From the NCBI GenBank assembly GCA_028821395.1, contig JAPPGP010000044.1:6196-70195 (forward strand): a stretch of 64,000 nt of DNA. The letters run 5' to 3'. Each line of letters opens with the position of its first letter. Position 1 is the stretch's first letter. Below are positions 35,384-45,994 of the stretch, in pieces. The DNA comes from Defluviicoccus sp. Its GTDB lineage: Bacteria > Pseudomonadota > Alphaproteobacteria > MPNO01. The position numbers and the translations under genes are program-made. The notes beneath the pieces were generated by a model. It was not told where the DNA came from. It saw only the letters and a list, made by a program, of their open reading frames with translations, and did no database searches.

Positions 35384-38300
35384 TCAACGGGCGAGAAGGC
35401 CACTTATCTCCCGGTTTGCGACGGTCAGCATCGCGAGGTCGGGGCTGCCCGCGGTGCGGAGATCGGCGAGCAGGGATTCTGCGCGAGCGACGCGTTCTCC
35501 ATTGGCGGTCCACCAGCGCTCCGCCGCCGCCGCGTCCCGGGCGCGGCCGGAATCGTTCAGCACGCAGTCCGTCAGCGCGCTCTGCTGGAGGTAGAGGTCG
35601 TCGATCACCGCGGCGGCGGCGGCGCCCTGCCATTCGGTCTCGGCGGGCAGAGAAGCGGCGGAACGGCGCAGCCAGTCGAATTCGAGCCTGCGGCCGACGG
35701 TGAAATAGACCCGCGCCACGTGTTCGACGCCACGCCTTCGCTCGGTCGCGATGCGGACGATGTCGCAGCCTGAATAGAGCGGCTCCAGGCTGGCGATCTC
35801 GCGCGCGAGGGTATCCGGCACGCCGGCCTCGACGGCCTCGCCCGCCCGGCGCTCGATCTCCGCCCGCGTCTCGTCGGAAATCAAGCCGTCGAGCTTGCCG
35901 GCAAGGGTGCCGATCCCGCCGGCGAAGCGCTCGATCGTGCGGTTGATATCGAGCGGCCGCGGCCCGTTTCGCAGCAGCCAGATCGTGGCGCGCTCGATCA
36001 GCCGGAGAATGTCGAGGTTGAGCCGGGTCTGGATCGCCGCGCTGGCCGCGTTGTCCAGAGCCTCGATCTCGCGCCACAGGCGGGACAGGTCGAAGATGCG
36101 CCGGCCGATGAGATAGGCCTTCGCGACCTCGGCCGGCGCGGCGCCTGTCCTCTCCACCACCTCGTGCACGAACGTCGGACCGGCGCGGTTGATCATGCTG
36201 TTGGTGACGTAGGTCGCGCTGATCTCCCGGCGCAGCGGGTGGCCGGGAACCAGGTCTCCGAACTCGGCACGGATCGGTTGCGGAAAGTAGAAGCCGACAT
36301 CCTGGACCAGCGACGGATCGTCGGGGATGTCGCTCGCGAGAATGTCGTCGTAGATCGCCAGCTTGGCGTAGGAGAGCAGCACCGCGAGCTCGGGCCTCGC
36401 GAGCCCGAGCCCGGCGGACTTGCGCTCTTCCAGGCTCTCCTCGTCGGGAAGAAACTCGAACGCCCGGTCGAGATGGCCCGAGCGTTCGAGCGCGCGGATC
36501 AGGCGGGCCGCCTTGTCGACCAGAAGGCAGCCCTCGGTCGCGAAATGGGTGAGCGCCATGCTCTGGCGGTAGTTGACCCCCAGCACCTGGACCGCGACCT
36601 CGTCGGTCATGTCGGCGAGCAGCCTGTCGCGCCCGGCGCGCGTGAGCCTGCCGGCCGCGACCGCCTCGCCGAGCAGTATCTTGATGTTGACCTCGCGGTC
36701 GGAGGTCGAGACGCCGCCGGAGTTGTCGATGAAGTCGGCGTTGATGCGCCCGCCGCGCTCTGCATAGGCGATGCGCCCGCGCTGGGTGAGGCCGAGATTG
36801 GCGCCCTCGCCGACGACGCGGCAGCGAAGCTCGTCCGCGTCGACGCGCACCGGGTCGTTCACCCGGTCCCCGACCTCGGAGTGGGTTTCGTCGGCCGCCT
36901 TGACATAGGTCCCGATGCCGCCGAACCACACGAGGTCGACCGGCGCCTTCAGCAGCGCCCGGACGAGCTCGTTCGGCGTGAGATCGTCGCGCGGCGGCAG
37001 GTCGAGCGCGCGGCGCATCTCCGGCGTCACCGGGATCGCCTTCGCATGGCGGTCGAACACGCCGCCGCCGGGCGAGATCGACTTCGGGTCGTAGTCGGTC
37101 CAGGCGCTCTGCGGCATCCGGAAGAGCCGTTTGCGCTCCGCCAGGCTCGCCTGCGGATCGGGGTCCGGATCGACGAAGATGTGGAGGTGGTTGAAGGCGC
37201 CGACGAGGCCGATGTGTTCGGAGAGCTGCATGCCGTTGCCGAACACGTCGCCGCTCATGTCGCCGATGCCGACGCAGGTGAAGCCGCCGGTCTGGATGTC
37301 GGCGCCCATCTCGCGGAAGTGGCGCTTCACCGACTCCCAGGCGCCGCGGGCGGTAATGCCCATGCCCTTGTGGTCGTAGCCGACCGACCCGCCGGAGGCG
37401 AAGGCGTCGTCGAGCCAGAAGCCGTAGCCGCGGGCGACGTCGTTGGCGATGTCGGAGAAGGTGGCGGTCCCCTTGTCGGCGGCGACCACGAGATAGGGGT
37501 CGTCGCCGTCGAGGCGGACCGTGCGGTCGGGATGAACCGGTCCGTCCGGGCCGAGATTGTCGGTCAGGTCGAGCAGCCCCGATATCATCGTCCGGTAGCA
37601 GGCTACGCCCTCCTCGAGATGGGCCTCGCGCCCGGATTCCGGCGGTGGCGGGCGCTTGACCACGAACCCGCCCTTGGAGCCGGTCGGGACGATGACCGCG
37701 TTCTTGGTCATCTGGGCCTTCATCAGCCCGAGGGTCTCGGTGCGGAAGTCCTCGCGCCGGTCGGACCAGCGGATGCCGCCGCGCGCGATCCTGCCGCCCC
37801 GCAGGTGGATCGCCTCCACGCGCGGGGCGTAGACGAATATCTCGAACATCGGCGCCGGCGCGGGCAAGTCCTCCACCGCGCCGGAGTCGATCTTGAAGGA
37901 GATGTAGCCCTTGGGCGCCCCGTCGGGATCGACCTGGTAGTAGTTGGTCCTCAGCGTCGCCTGCACGAGGTTCAGGTAGCGCCTGAGAATGCGGTCCTGG
38001 TCGAGGTCGGCGACCGCATCGAGCGCGCCGGCGAGGCGCTTCTGGATACGCGCCGCCCGGCGGCCCCTTCCGTCGGGCGGGAGATCCGGATCGAAGATCG
38101 ACCCGAAGAGCGCGACGATCGCCTCGGCGATGTGGGCATTGGCGAGCAGCGTGGCCTCCATATAGGCCTGGCTGAACGGGATCGCGGCTTGGCGCAGGTA
38201 CTTGCAGAGCGCGCGCAGCATGGCGATCTCGCGCCGGTGGAGCCCTGTCGCCAGCGCCAGCGCGTTGAAGCCGTCGCTCTCGATCTCGCCGCGCCAGACG

Positions 38301-40219
38301 CCGATGAACTGGGCTTCGAAATTCTCCTTCGCGCGGTCCAGGTCGACCGGTCGCCGGTCCCCGGTCTGCATGGCGAAATCGTGCAGCCAGACATCCCGGC
38401 CCGCCCCGCCGCGGGCGATCCTGTGCGCGGTCTCGCCGATCACGCGAAGCCCCATGTTCTCCAGCATCGGCAGCACGTCGGACAGGGGAAGCGGCGCGTC
38501 CGGGTGGTAGACCCTGAAATGGACCCAGAAGTCTTCGAGCCCGTCCGGCCGGTAGAGGTCGGTCGCGATCGTCCCGGTGTGGAGCACGGATTCGATCTTC
38601 GCGATATCGGCGAGCGCCCGCTCGCCGCCGTGGCCTTCGCGATAGCTCGCCGGGAAGGCGTCCCTGTAGCGCTCGTAGATTTCCAGCCCTTCCGCCTCGC
38701 CATGGGTCTCGGCCAGGGCCTGGCCGAAGGAGTCGCGCCAGTCCCGGGCCGCCTCGGCGAGCCGGCTCTCGATGGCCTGCAGATCGACATCGGGCGGCCC
38801 GCCCGGCGGGGTCGGGACGATGAACTGCAACCGCGCATGGGCCTCGTCGGAGACCTGGAGGTAGAACACCGAGGCCCGGGCGCCGAACCCGTCTTCGACG
38901 ATCTCCCGCATGATGCCGCGCAGCTGCGAGGTGTAGCGCTCGCGCGGCACGTAGATCAGGCAGGAGACGAAGCGGTTGAACGCGTCGCGCCTGGCGAACA
39001 AAGCGACCTTCTGGCTGCCGCGGATCTGAAGCACGCCGAGAGCGGTTTGCAGCAGATCCTCGTCGGAATACTGGAACAGGTCGCTGCGCGGCAGCGATTC
39101 GAGGATTTCCAGCAGCGACATCCCGTTATGGCTGTCCGGCGGGAAGCCCGAGCGCTCGATCACCGTCGCGGCCTTGCGCGCGAGCAGAGGGATGTCGGCC
39201 AGCCTTTGGCGATGAACCGGCGGGGTGAACACGCCGACGAAGATCCGCACGCCGGCGATCCGGCCCCGGCGCCCGAGCGTCTTGACCATCACGGTGTCGA
39301 GATGGACCGAACGGTGCACCGGCGAGCGGCCGTTCGCCTTGGAGACCGCGAGCGGGCGTGGGTCTTCGCAATAGCCCGCGTTCTCCGGCAGCACCGCCCC
39401 GTCCCGCCAGCCGGCCAGCACGCTGCGCTCCGGATTGCGCAGGATGCCGAGACCGGGCGCGTCGGCCTGCCTCAGCCGGGTCGCCCCGCCCCGCCGGTCG
39501 AAGCCGTATTCGCGGTAGCCGATGAAGGTGAAGGTGCGTTCGTCGAGCCAGCCGAGAAAGGCCTTCGCCTCGTCGGCGTCCGGACCTTCCCCGAGCCCGT
39601 CCGCCGCTTCGGCAAGCCGCCGCCGCATGGCGTCGAAATCCTCCACCGCGGCGCGGACGTCGCCGAGCACCGCCTGCAAGTCGCGGCGCAGCCGTTCCAG
39701 GGCGCCGGGCCGGCGCAGCTCGGTGACTTCGAAGTGCATCACCGATTCGGCGCTTGCGCCGTCGGCTGCGGCTCCGTTGGGCAACAGCCTGCTCATCCGC
39801 CCGGCACGGTCCCGTTCGACCGCCACGACGGGATGGGCGACCAGATGGATCGACAGATTGTGCCGGTTGATCTCGGCGGTCACCGAGTCGACGAGGAACG
39901 GCATGTCGTCGCTGACGATATCGACCACGGTGTGGGGCGAGACCCAGCCGTCGGCCCGCATGTCGGGGTTGAAGACCCGGATCCTGGGCTTGCCGCGCCT
40001 TCGCGTCCGGAGAAGGCTCCAGGTGGACATCGCGCCGCCGAGGGCCCGGAGATCGTCCATCGCCGCCAGATCGGCTTGCGGAACGTCGCGATAGAATTGG
40101 GCGACGAAACGCGCGGCTTCGGCGCCGCCGCCCTTGCGCCGCCGCGCCCGCGCGGCGAGCCTTCGTACGATACCGGATTTGGCGTCGGCTTCCTTGCTCA
40201 CGCGCCGGCCCTCCAGCAA
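35384..40219 (-). CDS. gdhB: Large NAD-specific glutamate dehydrogenase (about 180-kDa class)
   Basis: 1611 aa. The catalytic core contains RGGIRWSDRREDFRTE...MKAQMTKNAVIVP.GSKGGFV. Length and architecture are typical of NAD-GDH. Confidence 0.95.
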   Translation of the reverse strand: MLEGRRVSKEADAKSGIVRRLAARARRRKGGGAEAARFVAQFYRDVPQADLAAMDDLRALGGAMSTWSLLRTRRRGKPRIRVFNPDMRADGWVSPHTVVDIVSDDMPFLVDSVTAEINRHNLSIHLVAHPVVAVERDRAGRMSRLLPNGAAADGASAESVMHFEVTELRRPGALERLRRDLQAVLGDVRAAVEDFDAMRRRLAEAADGLGEGPDADEAKAFLGWLDERTFTFIGYREYGFDRRGGATRLRQADAPGLGILRNPERSVLAGWRDGAVLPENAGYCEDPRPLAVSKANGRSPVHRSVHLDTVMVKTLGRRGRIAGVRIFVGVFTPPVHRQRLADIPLLARKAATVIERSGFPPDSHNGMSLLEILESLPRSDLFQYSDEDLLQTALGVLQIRGSQKVALFARRDAFNRFVSCLIYVPRERYTSQLRGIMREIVEDGFGARASVFYLQVSDEAHARLQFIVPTPPGGPPDVDLQAIESRLAEAARDWRDSFGQALAETHGEAEGLEIYERYRDAFPASYREGHGGERALADIAKIESVLHTGTIATDLYRPDGLEDFWVHFRVYHPDAPLPLSDVLPMLENMGLRVIGETAHRIARGGAGRDVWLHDFAMQTGDRRPVDLDRAKENFEAQFIGVWRGEIESDGFNALALATGLHRREIAMLRALCKYLRQAAIPFSQAYMEATLLANAHIAEAIVALFGSIFDPDLPPDGRGRRAARIQKRLAGALDAVADLDQDRILRRYLNLVQATLRTNYYQVDPDGAPKGYISFKIDSGAVEDLPAPAPMFEIFVYAPRVEAIHLRGGRIARGGIRWSDRREDFRTETLGLMKAQMTKNAVIVPTGSKGGFVVKRPPPPESGREAHLEEGVACYRTMISGLLDLTDNLGPDGPVHPDRTVRLDGDDPYLVVAADKGTATFSDIANDVARGYGFWLDDAFASGGSVGYDHKGMGITARGAWESVKRHFREMGADIQTGGFTCVGIGDMSGDVFGNGMQLSEHIGLVGAFNHLHIFVDPDPDPQASLAERKRLFRMPQSAWTDYDPKSISPGGGVFDRHAKAIPVTPEMRRALDLPPRDDLTPNELVRALLKAPVDLVWFGGIGTYVKAADETHSEVGDRVNDPVRVDADELRCRVVGEGANLGLTQRGRIAYAERGGRINADFIDNSGGVSTSDREVNIKILLGEAVAAGRLTRAGRDRLLADMTDEVAVQVLGVNYRQSMALTHFATEGCLLVDKAARLIRALERSGHLDRAFEFLPDEESLEERKSAGLGLARPELAVLLSYAKLAIYDDILASDIPDDPSLVQDVGFYFPQPIRAEFGDLVPGHPLRREISATYVTNSMINRAGPTFVHEVVERTGAAPAEVAKAYLIGRRIFDLSRLWREIEALDNAASAAIQTRLNLDILRLIERATIWLLRNGPRPLDINRTIERFAGGIGTLAGKLDGLISDETRAEIERRAGEAVEAGVPDTLAREIASLEPLYSGCDIVRIATERRRGVEHVARVYFTVGRRLEFDWLRRSAASLPAETEWQGAAAAAVIDDLYLQQSALTDCVLNDSGRARDAAAAERWWTANGERVARAESLLADLRTAGSPDLAMLTVANREISGLLAR

Positions 40220-40415
40220 GCCGTGCGGGTACGCGCGGATTCGAAACTAACCAATTGAAATAATTGCGGTAAGTTTTCGCTTCCCGTGCAATCGATGGCG
40301 AGAGTCAAGCCGAATCCGGAGCTCGGCGCAACGGGCCGGACGGCGAGGACGCGGATTCATCGGTATCGACAACTCACCACGCCTCTCCGTCTCCGGAGCA
40401 TGTTGCGCCGGGGTC

Positions 40416-41894
40416 GTGCCGCGATGGGTCCCCGAGACTGGCACCGTCGGCACCGACATGGTGAGCGCGAGGCATCCGTTCAACCGCAGCGGTGCTCGCG
40501 GCGGGGGCGCGCATCCTGTATTGCTTGCGCGAACCCTCCGTCGCCAGCATGGGAACGCCGCCGCCTTGTCCATCGTGCCGCGGCTCCGCCCCGTCTCCGC
40601 CATCGCGCCCCTGTTCGTCTTCGTGTGGGCATTGGTGCTGGTCCGCATTGTCTGGCGGGACGCGCCGGTCGACGACGCGGCCGCGCTGGCGATGGCGGCG
40701 CTGTTCGCGATCGGCTTCGTGCGGCTCCGGCGGCGGACCCTGGCGCTCTCGGCGGCGCTGGCGCTGGTCGCGCTGGCTCTTGCCGCGGTGCTGGGCGACT
40801 GGGGGGCGCTGTGGGCCGGGATCGGCGACGCGACGACCTTCGCCGCCTTCTTCGTCACCCTGGTGGTTCTGCGCTCGACGGCGGAGCGGCGCCCGGAGAC
40901 CGCGCGCACGCGCGATCTGATGGCGCTGCTGGAGCCGCGTCAACGGCTCGCGGCGACGCTGTTCGGCGCCAATGTGATGGGCGCGGTGCTGGTGGTCGGC
41001 GCGCACGCGATCCTCGCCCCGATCCACGACCGCAACGCATCCGAGCCCGACCGCGTCCGGGTCGCCATCATCGCCCTCAGGGGCATGGGGCTTGCCGGGC
41101 TTTGGTCCCCCTTCTGGGTCGCGATGGCGGTCGCGTTCCAGCACTTGCCCGGCGTGCCGCTGTGGTCGGTGATGGCGCTCGGGCTGGCGCTCGCAGCGGG
41201 CGGGCTGGTGCTGGGCCAGGCGATGGCCGGCGCGCCCCGGCGCGGCACCCCGGAGGCGCTCACCGCCCTGTTGCCGGTGGTGCCGCCGGTGGCGATCGCC
41301 GCCGCCACCGTCGTGGCGCTTGCCAGCTTCGCGCCGCTCAGGCCGCTCGAGGCGCTGCTGATCGGCATCCCCCTGCTCGCCGCCGCCGCGCAAGCGCGGC
41401 TCGGACGGCGCGCCCTGTGGGGGGTCGTCCGCGACTCCTATGCCCGTACGCCCGGCGTGCTCGGCGAGATGGTGATCGTCACCTGCGCGTTCGCGCTCGG
41501 CCGGGTGCTGGTGAGTGCGCTCGGCGCCGTCGACACCGCGCAGTGGATCGACCGGGCGACGCTGCCGGAACCCGCGATCATCGCCGTTCTCATCGTCCTC
41601 CCGGCGGCGCTCGCGCTGCTGGGCATTCACCAGATCGTCTCCGTGACCGTGCTGCTGGTGCTATTCACCCAGGTGCCGACGGGGATTGCCGACCTGGTTC
41701 TGTTCCAGTGCGTGCTGATCTCGTGGGCGATCGCCTCGATGATCGGGCTGTCGGCGATTTCGACCATCGCTGCGGCATCGTTCTTCGGCGTGCGGCTGGA
41801 GCGCGTCGCCTTCGGCGCGAACCTGGCCTTCGGCGGCGCGATCGCGGCGCTGGGAACGGTCATCCTGTCCCTGCTCAACGCGGCGCTTGTCTGA
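40416..41894 (+). CDS. Polytopic integral membrane protein of unknown family; start uncertain
   Basis: Up to 492 aa with about 10 or more hydrophobic segments, rich in Ala/Leu/Val. It is co-directional with the downstream Rieske gene at an 89-nt gap. I recognise no motif. Confidence 0.5.
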   Translation: MPRWVPETGTVGTDMVSARHPFNRSGARGGGAHPVLLARTLRRQHGNAAALSIVPRLRPVSAIAPLFVFVWALVLVRIVWRDAPVDDAAALAMAALFAIGFVRLRRRTLALSAALALVALALAAVLGDWGALWAGIGDATTFAAFFVTLVVLRSTAERRPETARTRDLMALLEPRQRLAATLFGANVMGAVLVVGAHAILAPIHDRNASEPDRVRVAIIALRGMGLAGLWSPFWVAMAVAFQHLPGVPLWSVMALGLALAAGGLVLGQAMAGAPRRGTPEALTALLPVVPPVAIAAATVVALASFAPLRPLEALLIGIPLLAAAAQARLGRRALWGVVRDSYARTPGVLGEMVIVTCAFALGRVLVSALGAVDTAQWIDRATLPEPAIIAVLIVLPAALALLGIHQIVSVTVLLVLFTQVPTGIADLVLFQCVLISWAIASMIGLSAISTIAAASFFGVRLERVAFGANLAFGGAIAALGTVILSLLNAALV

Positions 41895-41983
41895 ACCCGG
41901 CCGGAGCGCGGCAAAATCGTTGGTGTACATACAAATTTCGGCCTAAGCTGCGGACGGTGCGCAGCGGCCGGGGAGGACCCGTC

Positions 41984-43012
41984 ATGACCTTCGTCAGGAA
42001 CGCGTGGTACGTCGCCTCCTGGGCGAGCGAGCTGACGCGGACGCTCGAGCGCCGGACGATTCTCGGCGAGGCCGTGGTCCTCTACCGCACCGGCGACGGA
42101 ATGCCGGTGGCGCTGCGCGACCGCTGCCCGCACCGGCTGCTGCCGCTCTCGCAGGGACGCCTGGTCGAGGACCGGATCCAGTGCGGCTATCACGGGCTGG
42201 TCTTCGATCCTTCGGGGCGCTGCGTGCATGTGCCGGGGCAGGAGAAGATCCCGCCCAACGCCCGGGTCAAGAGCTACCCGGTCGCCGAACGTCTCGGGCT
42301 GATCTGGATCTGGATGGGCGACCCGGACGCGGCGGACGAGGCGGAGATCTACGATCTTCCCGAGTACCACCGCCCGGATTGGGGCGTGGCCTATGGCGAT
42401 GCGCTTCACGTCGCGGCCGACTACCTGCTCCTGTGCGACAATTTGAGCGATCCCTCGCATGTCGAATACGTCCACCCGACCACGCTCGGCAGCCCGAGCT
42501 CGGAGGGCGTCGGCGTCGAGTTCGAGGAAGAGGAATGGGGGGTGACCACCCACCGCTGGTCGCTGGCGTCCGAACCGATCGGCTTCGCCAAGGCGTTCGG
42601 CAATTTCGACGGGAAGGTCGACCGCTGGCAGTACTACCACATGCACACGCCATCGATCGCGATCATCGATTTCGGGACCGCGCCCGCCGGTGCCGGGTTC
42701 GAGGCCAAGGCAGGAAATTCGGACAACTGCATCCGGGTGTTCTCGTGCCACTTCATGACGCCCGAGACCGAGGCGAGCTGCCACGACCACTGGCTGCATG
42801 TGCGGAATTTCGGCGCCGGCGACCCGGCGGTCGGAGAGGGCATTTCCGAGCAGTTCCGCATCGCCTTCGCCGAGGACAAGGCGGTGCTGGAGGCGATCCA
42901 GTGCGAAGAGGATCGGTTCGAGGGCGGAACCCGGGTCGGGCTCGACCTCGATGCGCCGGCGGCGCTGTTCCGCCGCAAGATCGACCGGCGGGTCAGGGCA
43001 GAGGCAGGATGA
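41984..43012 (+). CDS. Rieske non-heme iron oxygenase, VanA/phthalate-family alpha subunit (paralog 1)
   Basis: 342 aa from ATG 41984 after GGGAGGA (MTFVRNAWYVASW...). Rieske motif: CPHRLLPLSQG...CGYHGL. Fe site: DNLSDPSHVEYVH. Confidence 0.9.
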   Translation: MTFVRNAWYVASWASELTRTLERRTILGEAVVLYRTGDGMPVALRDRCPHRLLPLSQGRLVEDRIQCGYHGLVFDPSGRCVHVPGQEKIPPNARVKSYPVAERLGLIWIWMGDPDAADEAEIYDLPEYHRPDWGVAYGDALHVAADYLLLCDNLSDPSHVEYVHPTTLGSPSSEGVGVEFEEEEWGVTTHRWSLASEPIGFAKAFGNFDGKVDRWQYYHMHTPSIAIIDFGTAPAGAGFEAKAGNSDNCIRVFSCHFMTPETEASCHDHWLHVRNFGAGDPAVGEGISEQFRIAFAEDKAVLEAIQCEEDRFEGGTRVGLDLDAPAALFRRKIDRRVRAEAG

Positions 43013-43022
43013 GGAGGCCGCG

Positions 43023-43607
43023 ATGGGCGCCGATATCAGAAAGACCAGCGTGGTGGTCGAGGAGATCCGCTCCGAGATCGGCCGTCCGGTCGAGCCGCCG
43101 ACCCGCAAGGCGGCGGCCATCGCGGTGATCGCGAACCCCTTTGCCGGCCGCTACGAGGAGGACCTCGCGCCGTTGATGGATATCGGCGCGGAGCTGGGCG
43201 CCATGCTGGGCGAGATGTGCGTGGCCGCGCTCGGCATCCGCCCCGACCAGGCCGAGAGCTACGGCAAGGCGGCGATCGTCGGCGAGCAGGGCGAGTGGGA
43301 GCACGCGGCGGCGATCCTCCACCCCAAGCTCGGCGCGCCGCTGCGCAAGGCGGTCGAGAAGGGCGCCGCGCTGGTCCCCTCGGCCAAGAAGATGGGCGGG
43401 CCCGGCACGCCGATCGACATCCCACTCGGCCACAAGGACGCGGCCTATGTGCGCAGCCATTTCGACGGGATCGAGGTCAGGCTCGCCGACTCGCCGCGCG
43501 CAAGCGAGATCCTGGTGGCGGTCGCGGTCACCGACTCGGGCCGCCCCTTCCCCCGCGTGGGCGGGCTCACCACCGCCGAGGCCAAGGGCGAGGACGGGCT
43601 GCGCTAG
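43023..43607 (+). CDS. 'Amino acid synthesis' / DUF1185-family protein
   Basis: 194 aa from ATG 43023 after GAGGAGG, 10 nt after the Rieske stop. The sequence (IRKTSVVVEEIRSEIGRPV..., KAAIVGEQGEWEHAAAILHPKLG, IDIPLGHKDAAYVRSHFD) resembles that family as I recall it. Confidence 0.7.
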   Translation: MGADIRKTSVVVEEIRSEIGRPVEPPTRKAAAIAVIANPFAGRYEEDLAPLMDIGAELGAMLGEMCVAALGIRPDQAESYGKAAIVGEQGEWEHAAAILHPKLGAPLRKAVEKGAALVPSAKKMGGPGTPIDIPLGHKDAAYVRSHFDGIEVRLADSPRASEILVAVAVTDSGRPFPRVGGLTTAEAKGEDGLR

Positions 43608-44767
43608 AGGACTTCCGGCAGGCGGTCGGCGGGCGGGGTGTTGCGGCTGCGGCCCGAGGCGACCTTGCCGTCGATGACCACCATGCCGACCCCGGGGATG
43701 TCGCCCTTGCCGACGGAGTCGAGCAAATCCTTGCCGGCGCTGTGCTGGGCGCGGTCGAGCAGCACGAAATCGGCCGCCCGGCCTTCCTCGATCAGCCCGC
43801 AATCGAGCTCCCGCATGCGCGCGGTGTTGCCGGTGGCGAAGCAGAACGCGATCTCCGCCGGCACGTCGCCGAGCGCCGACAGCATGGCGACCATCCTGAG
43901 GATCCCGAGCGGCTGAACGCCCGAGCCCGCCGGCCCGTCGGTGCCGAGGATGACCCGGTGGAGCTGGTCGAGCTCGCGCGCGGTGCGCAGCGCGAACAGG
44001 GCCGAGGCCTCGTTGCCGTTGTGGACGATCTCGATCCCGGCCTGGCACTGCTCGCACAAACACGCGATCTGGTCCCGCGGCAGCGAGGTGTGCCCGCCAT
44101 TGATGTGGCCGATGATGTCGGGCCCGGTCTCCAGCACGATGTCGGCGTCGATCAGCCCGGAGCCCGGGATCGACGGGCCGCCGGTATGGATCGTCGACTG
44201 GATGCCGTATTTGCGCGCCCAGCCGACCATCTTCTTCGCCTCTTCGCCGGTCTTCACCCCGCCGAGCCCGATCTCGCCCAAAAGCTTGACGCCGGCCTCG
44301 GCGAGGAAGCGGAAATCGTCCTCCTCCATCCCGGTCTCCAGGATGGGCGCGCCGGCGCGCACCTTGACCCCGCCCGGCGGGAAGGACGAGAAGGCGCGCT
44401 GGGCGGTGATGCCGAGCGCGACCACCCCCTTGGGATCGCGCGGCCGGCCGGGCAGATGGACCTCGCCGGCCGAGATCATCGTCGTCACCCCGCCATGCAT
44501 CGTCGAGTCGATCCAGTTGAGCTGGCTCTGGCGCGGCGTCCAGTCGCCGAATACCGGGTGGACATGGCTGTCGATCAGCCCGGGGGCGAGCGCCACCCCC
44601 CTGGCGTCGATCACGGTATCGGCGCCGCCGATATTGCAGTCGGCTTCCCTGCCGAAGCCGGCGATCCTTCCGTCCTCGGCGACCAGGGTGTCGGCATCGA
44701 GCACCGGGCTCTCCAGCGCCCCCGACAGCAGCAAGCCGATATTCCTGATGACCAGCTTTTCAGCCAT
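43604..44767 (-). CDS. Metal-dependent amidohydrolase, enamidase-like
   Basis: 387 aa from ATG 44767 (MAEKLVIRNIGLLLSG...). Motifs: GLIDSHVH, HGGVTTMISAG, HTGGPSIPGS, HINGG, and the tail GDIPGVGMVVIDGKV...SRNTPPA. Confidence 0.8.
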   Translation of the reverse strand: MAEKLVIRNIGLLLSGALESPVLDADTLVAEDGRIAGFGREADCNIGGADTVIDARGVALAPGLIDSHVHPVFGDWTPRQSQLNWIDSTMHGGVTTMISAGEVHLPGRPRDPKGVVALGITAQRAFSSFPPGGVKVRAGAPILETGMEEDDFRFLAEAGVKLLGEIGLGGVKTGEEAKKMVGWARKYGIQSTIHTGGPSIPGSGLIDADIVLETGPDIIGHINGGHTSLPRDQIACLCEQCQAGIEIVHNGNEASALFALRTARELDQLHRVILGTDGPAGSGVQPLGILRMVAMLSALGDVPAEIAFCFATGNTARMRELDCGLIEEGRAADFVLLDRAQHSAGKDLLDSVGKGDIPGVGMVVIDGKVASGRSRNTPPADRLPEVL

Positions 44768-44853
44768 GACGCGCCCCCGGAAAGGTGTGATCAGGGGGCG
44801 AACATCCCGCAAGCGGCGGGCCCGTTCAAGACCCGCCCCGGAATGCCCGGGAG

Positions 44854-45906
44854 CTACTCGCCGGCGGCAGCCAACGGCTCGGCACCGCGCTCGGCGGCGA
44901 TGCGGCTCTCGATGATGCGCCGCGCCTGGATGCCGCCGCCGTCGTGGTTGATGTCGACCCGCGGCCGGTCCGGGGCGGTGTTTATGTTGTCCTGCTGCAG
45001 CTGGATGATCTCCAGATCCTCCAGGAAAGCCGTGTGCACGTTCTCATAGAGCAGGTCGGTCACCCACGGCTCGTCGATGCGGAAATCGTGCGCCTGGGCC
45101 CAGAAATAGTGGGTCGTCTGCTCGGTCTCCGGGGTGATCGCGTTCAGGTTCCGCATGGAGAAGCCCTGGCTGCGGTCGCCCTCGGGCGCGCCGGTGCCGG
45201 CGACGGCGCCGCCGATGTCGAGGCGGACGAAGGCCGGCGGGGTGAATTCGATGATCTGCCAGCGGTCGATGTGCTGGTCGGGCGCGAACCCGCCCGCCTT
45301 CTGGAAGAACGGCGGCGGCGGGCTGTCGAGCACCCAGCGCGTGACGCGGACCAGCTCGCCCTCGCGCTCCGCCTTCATCGGCGTCTCGGCGACCGCATCG
45401 GTGCCGAGCGTGGTCGGGTGGATGTAGCTGAGATGAGACAGGTCGAGCAGGTTCTCGACCAGCAGCACGTAGTTGCCCTCGAGGTCGAGCTTCTCGCCCC
45501 GCGCGCGCCAGGCGGGATCGTCGGTCCAGTGGAAGTCCTCGATCAGGTCGGGGTCGGCGGCCGCGGGATCGCCCATCCATATCCAGACCCAATGATAGCG
45601 CTCCACCGTCGGAAACGCCCTCACCCTGGCGCCCGGCGGGATCGCCGCCTGGCCCGGGACCCGGATGCACCGGCCCGAGGGGTCGTAGAGCAGGCCGTGA
45701 TAGGGGCATTCGACATTGTCGCCCTTGAGCTTGCCCTTCGACAGCGGCGCGTGGCGGTGGCAGCAGCGGTCCTCCAGCGCCACCGGCGCGCCGTCCTCCC
45801 TGCGGTAGAGCACGACCGGGATGTCGAGCAGCGTCCTGCGCAACATGTTCTGGCGGCCGACCTCGCGGTCCCAGGCGGCGACATACCACGCGTTCTCGAT
45901 GAACAT
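44854..45906 (-). CDS. Rieske non-heme iron oxygenase, VanA-family alpha subunit (paralog 2)
   Basis: 350 aa: MFIENAWYVAAW..., CCHRHAPLSKG...CPYHGL, ENLLDLSHLSYIH. Confidence 0.9.
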   Translation of the reverse strand: MFIENAWYVAAWDREVGRQNMLRRTLLDIPVVLYRREDGAPVALEDRCCHRHAPLSKGKLKGDNVECPYHGLLYDPSGRCIRVPGQAAIPPGARVRAFPTVERYHWVWIWMGDPAAADPDLIEDFHWTDDPAWRARGEKLDLEGNYVLLVENLLDLSHLSYIHPTTLGTDAVAETPMKAEREGELVRVTRWVLDSPPPPFFQKAGGFAPDQHIDRWQIIEFTPPAFVRLDIGGAVAGTGAPEGDRSQGFSMRNLNAITPETEQTTHYFWAQAHDFRIDEPWVTDLLYENVHTAFLEDLEIIQLQQDNINTAPDRPRVDINHDGGGIQARRIIESRIAAERGAEPLAAAGE

Positions 45907-45994
45907 CCCGCTCTCCCAGCTTGCTCTCGTTCGGGCCCGGAAAAGCGAAGGGCGGCACCGGGGTGCCGCCGCATCGCCGTCGGTGCGCCGGGGG

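Noticed and set aside
36164-40258. 1364-aa ORF on the plus strand covering most of the gdh locus
   Set aside because: It is antisense to a 1611-aa NAD-glutamate dehydrogenase with clear catalytic motifs. Its translation is Arg/Gly/Ala/Pro/Asp-rich and low-complexity with no motif. Stop-free antisense frames of this kind are expected in GC-rich DNA and are a known source of misannotation opposite NAD-GDH genes.
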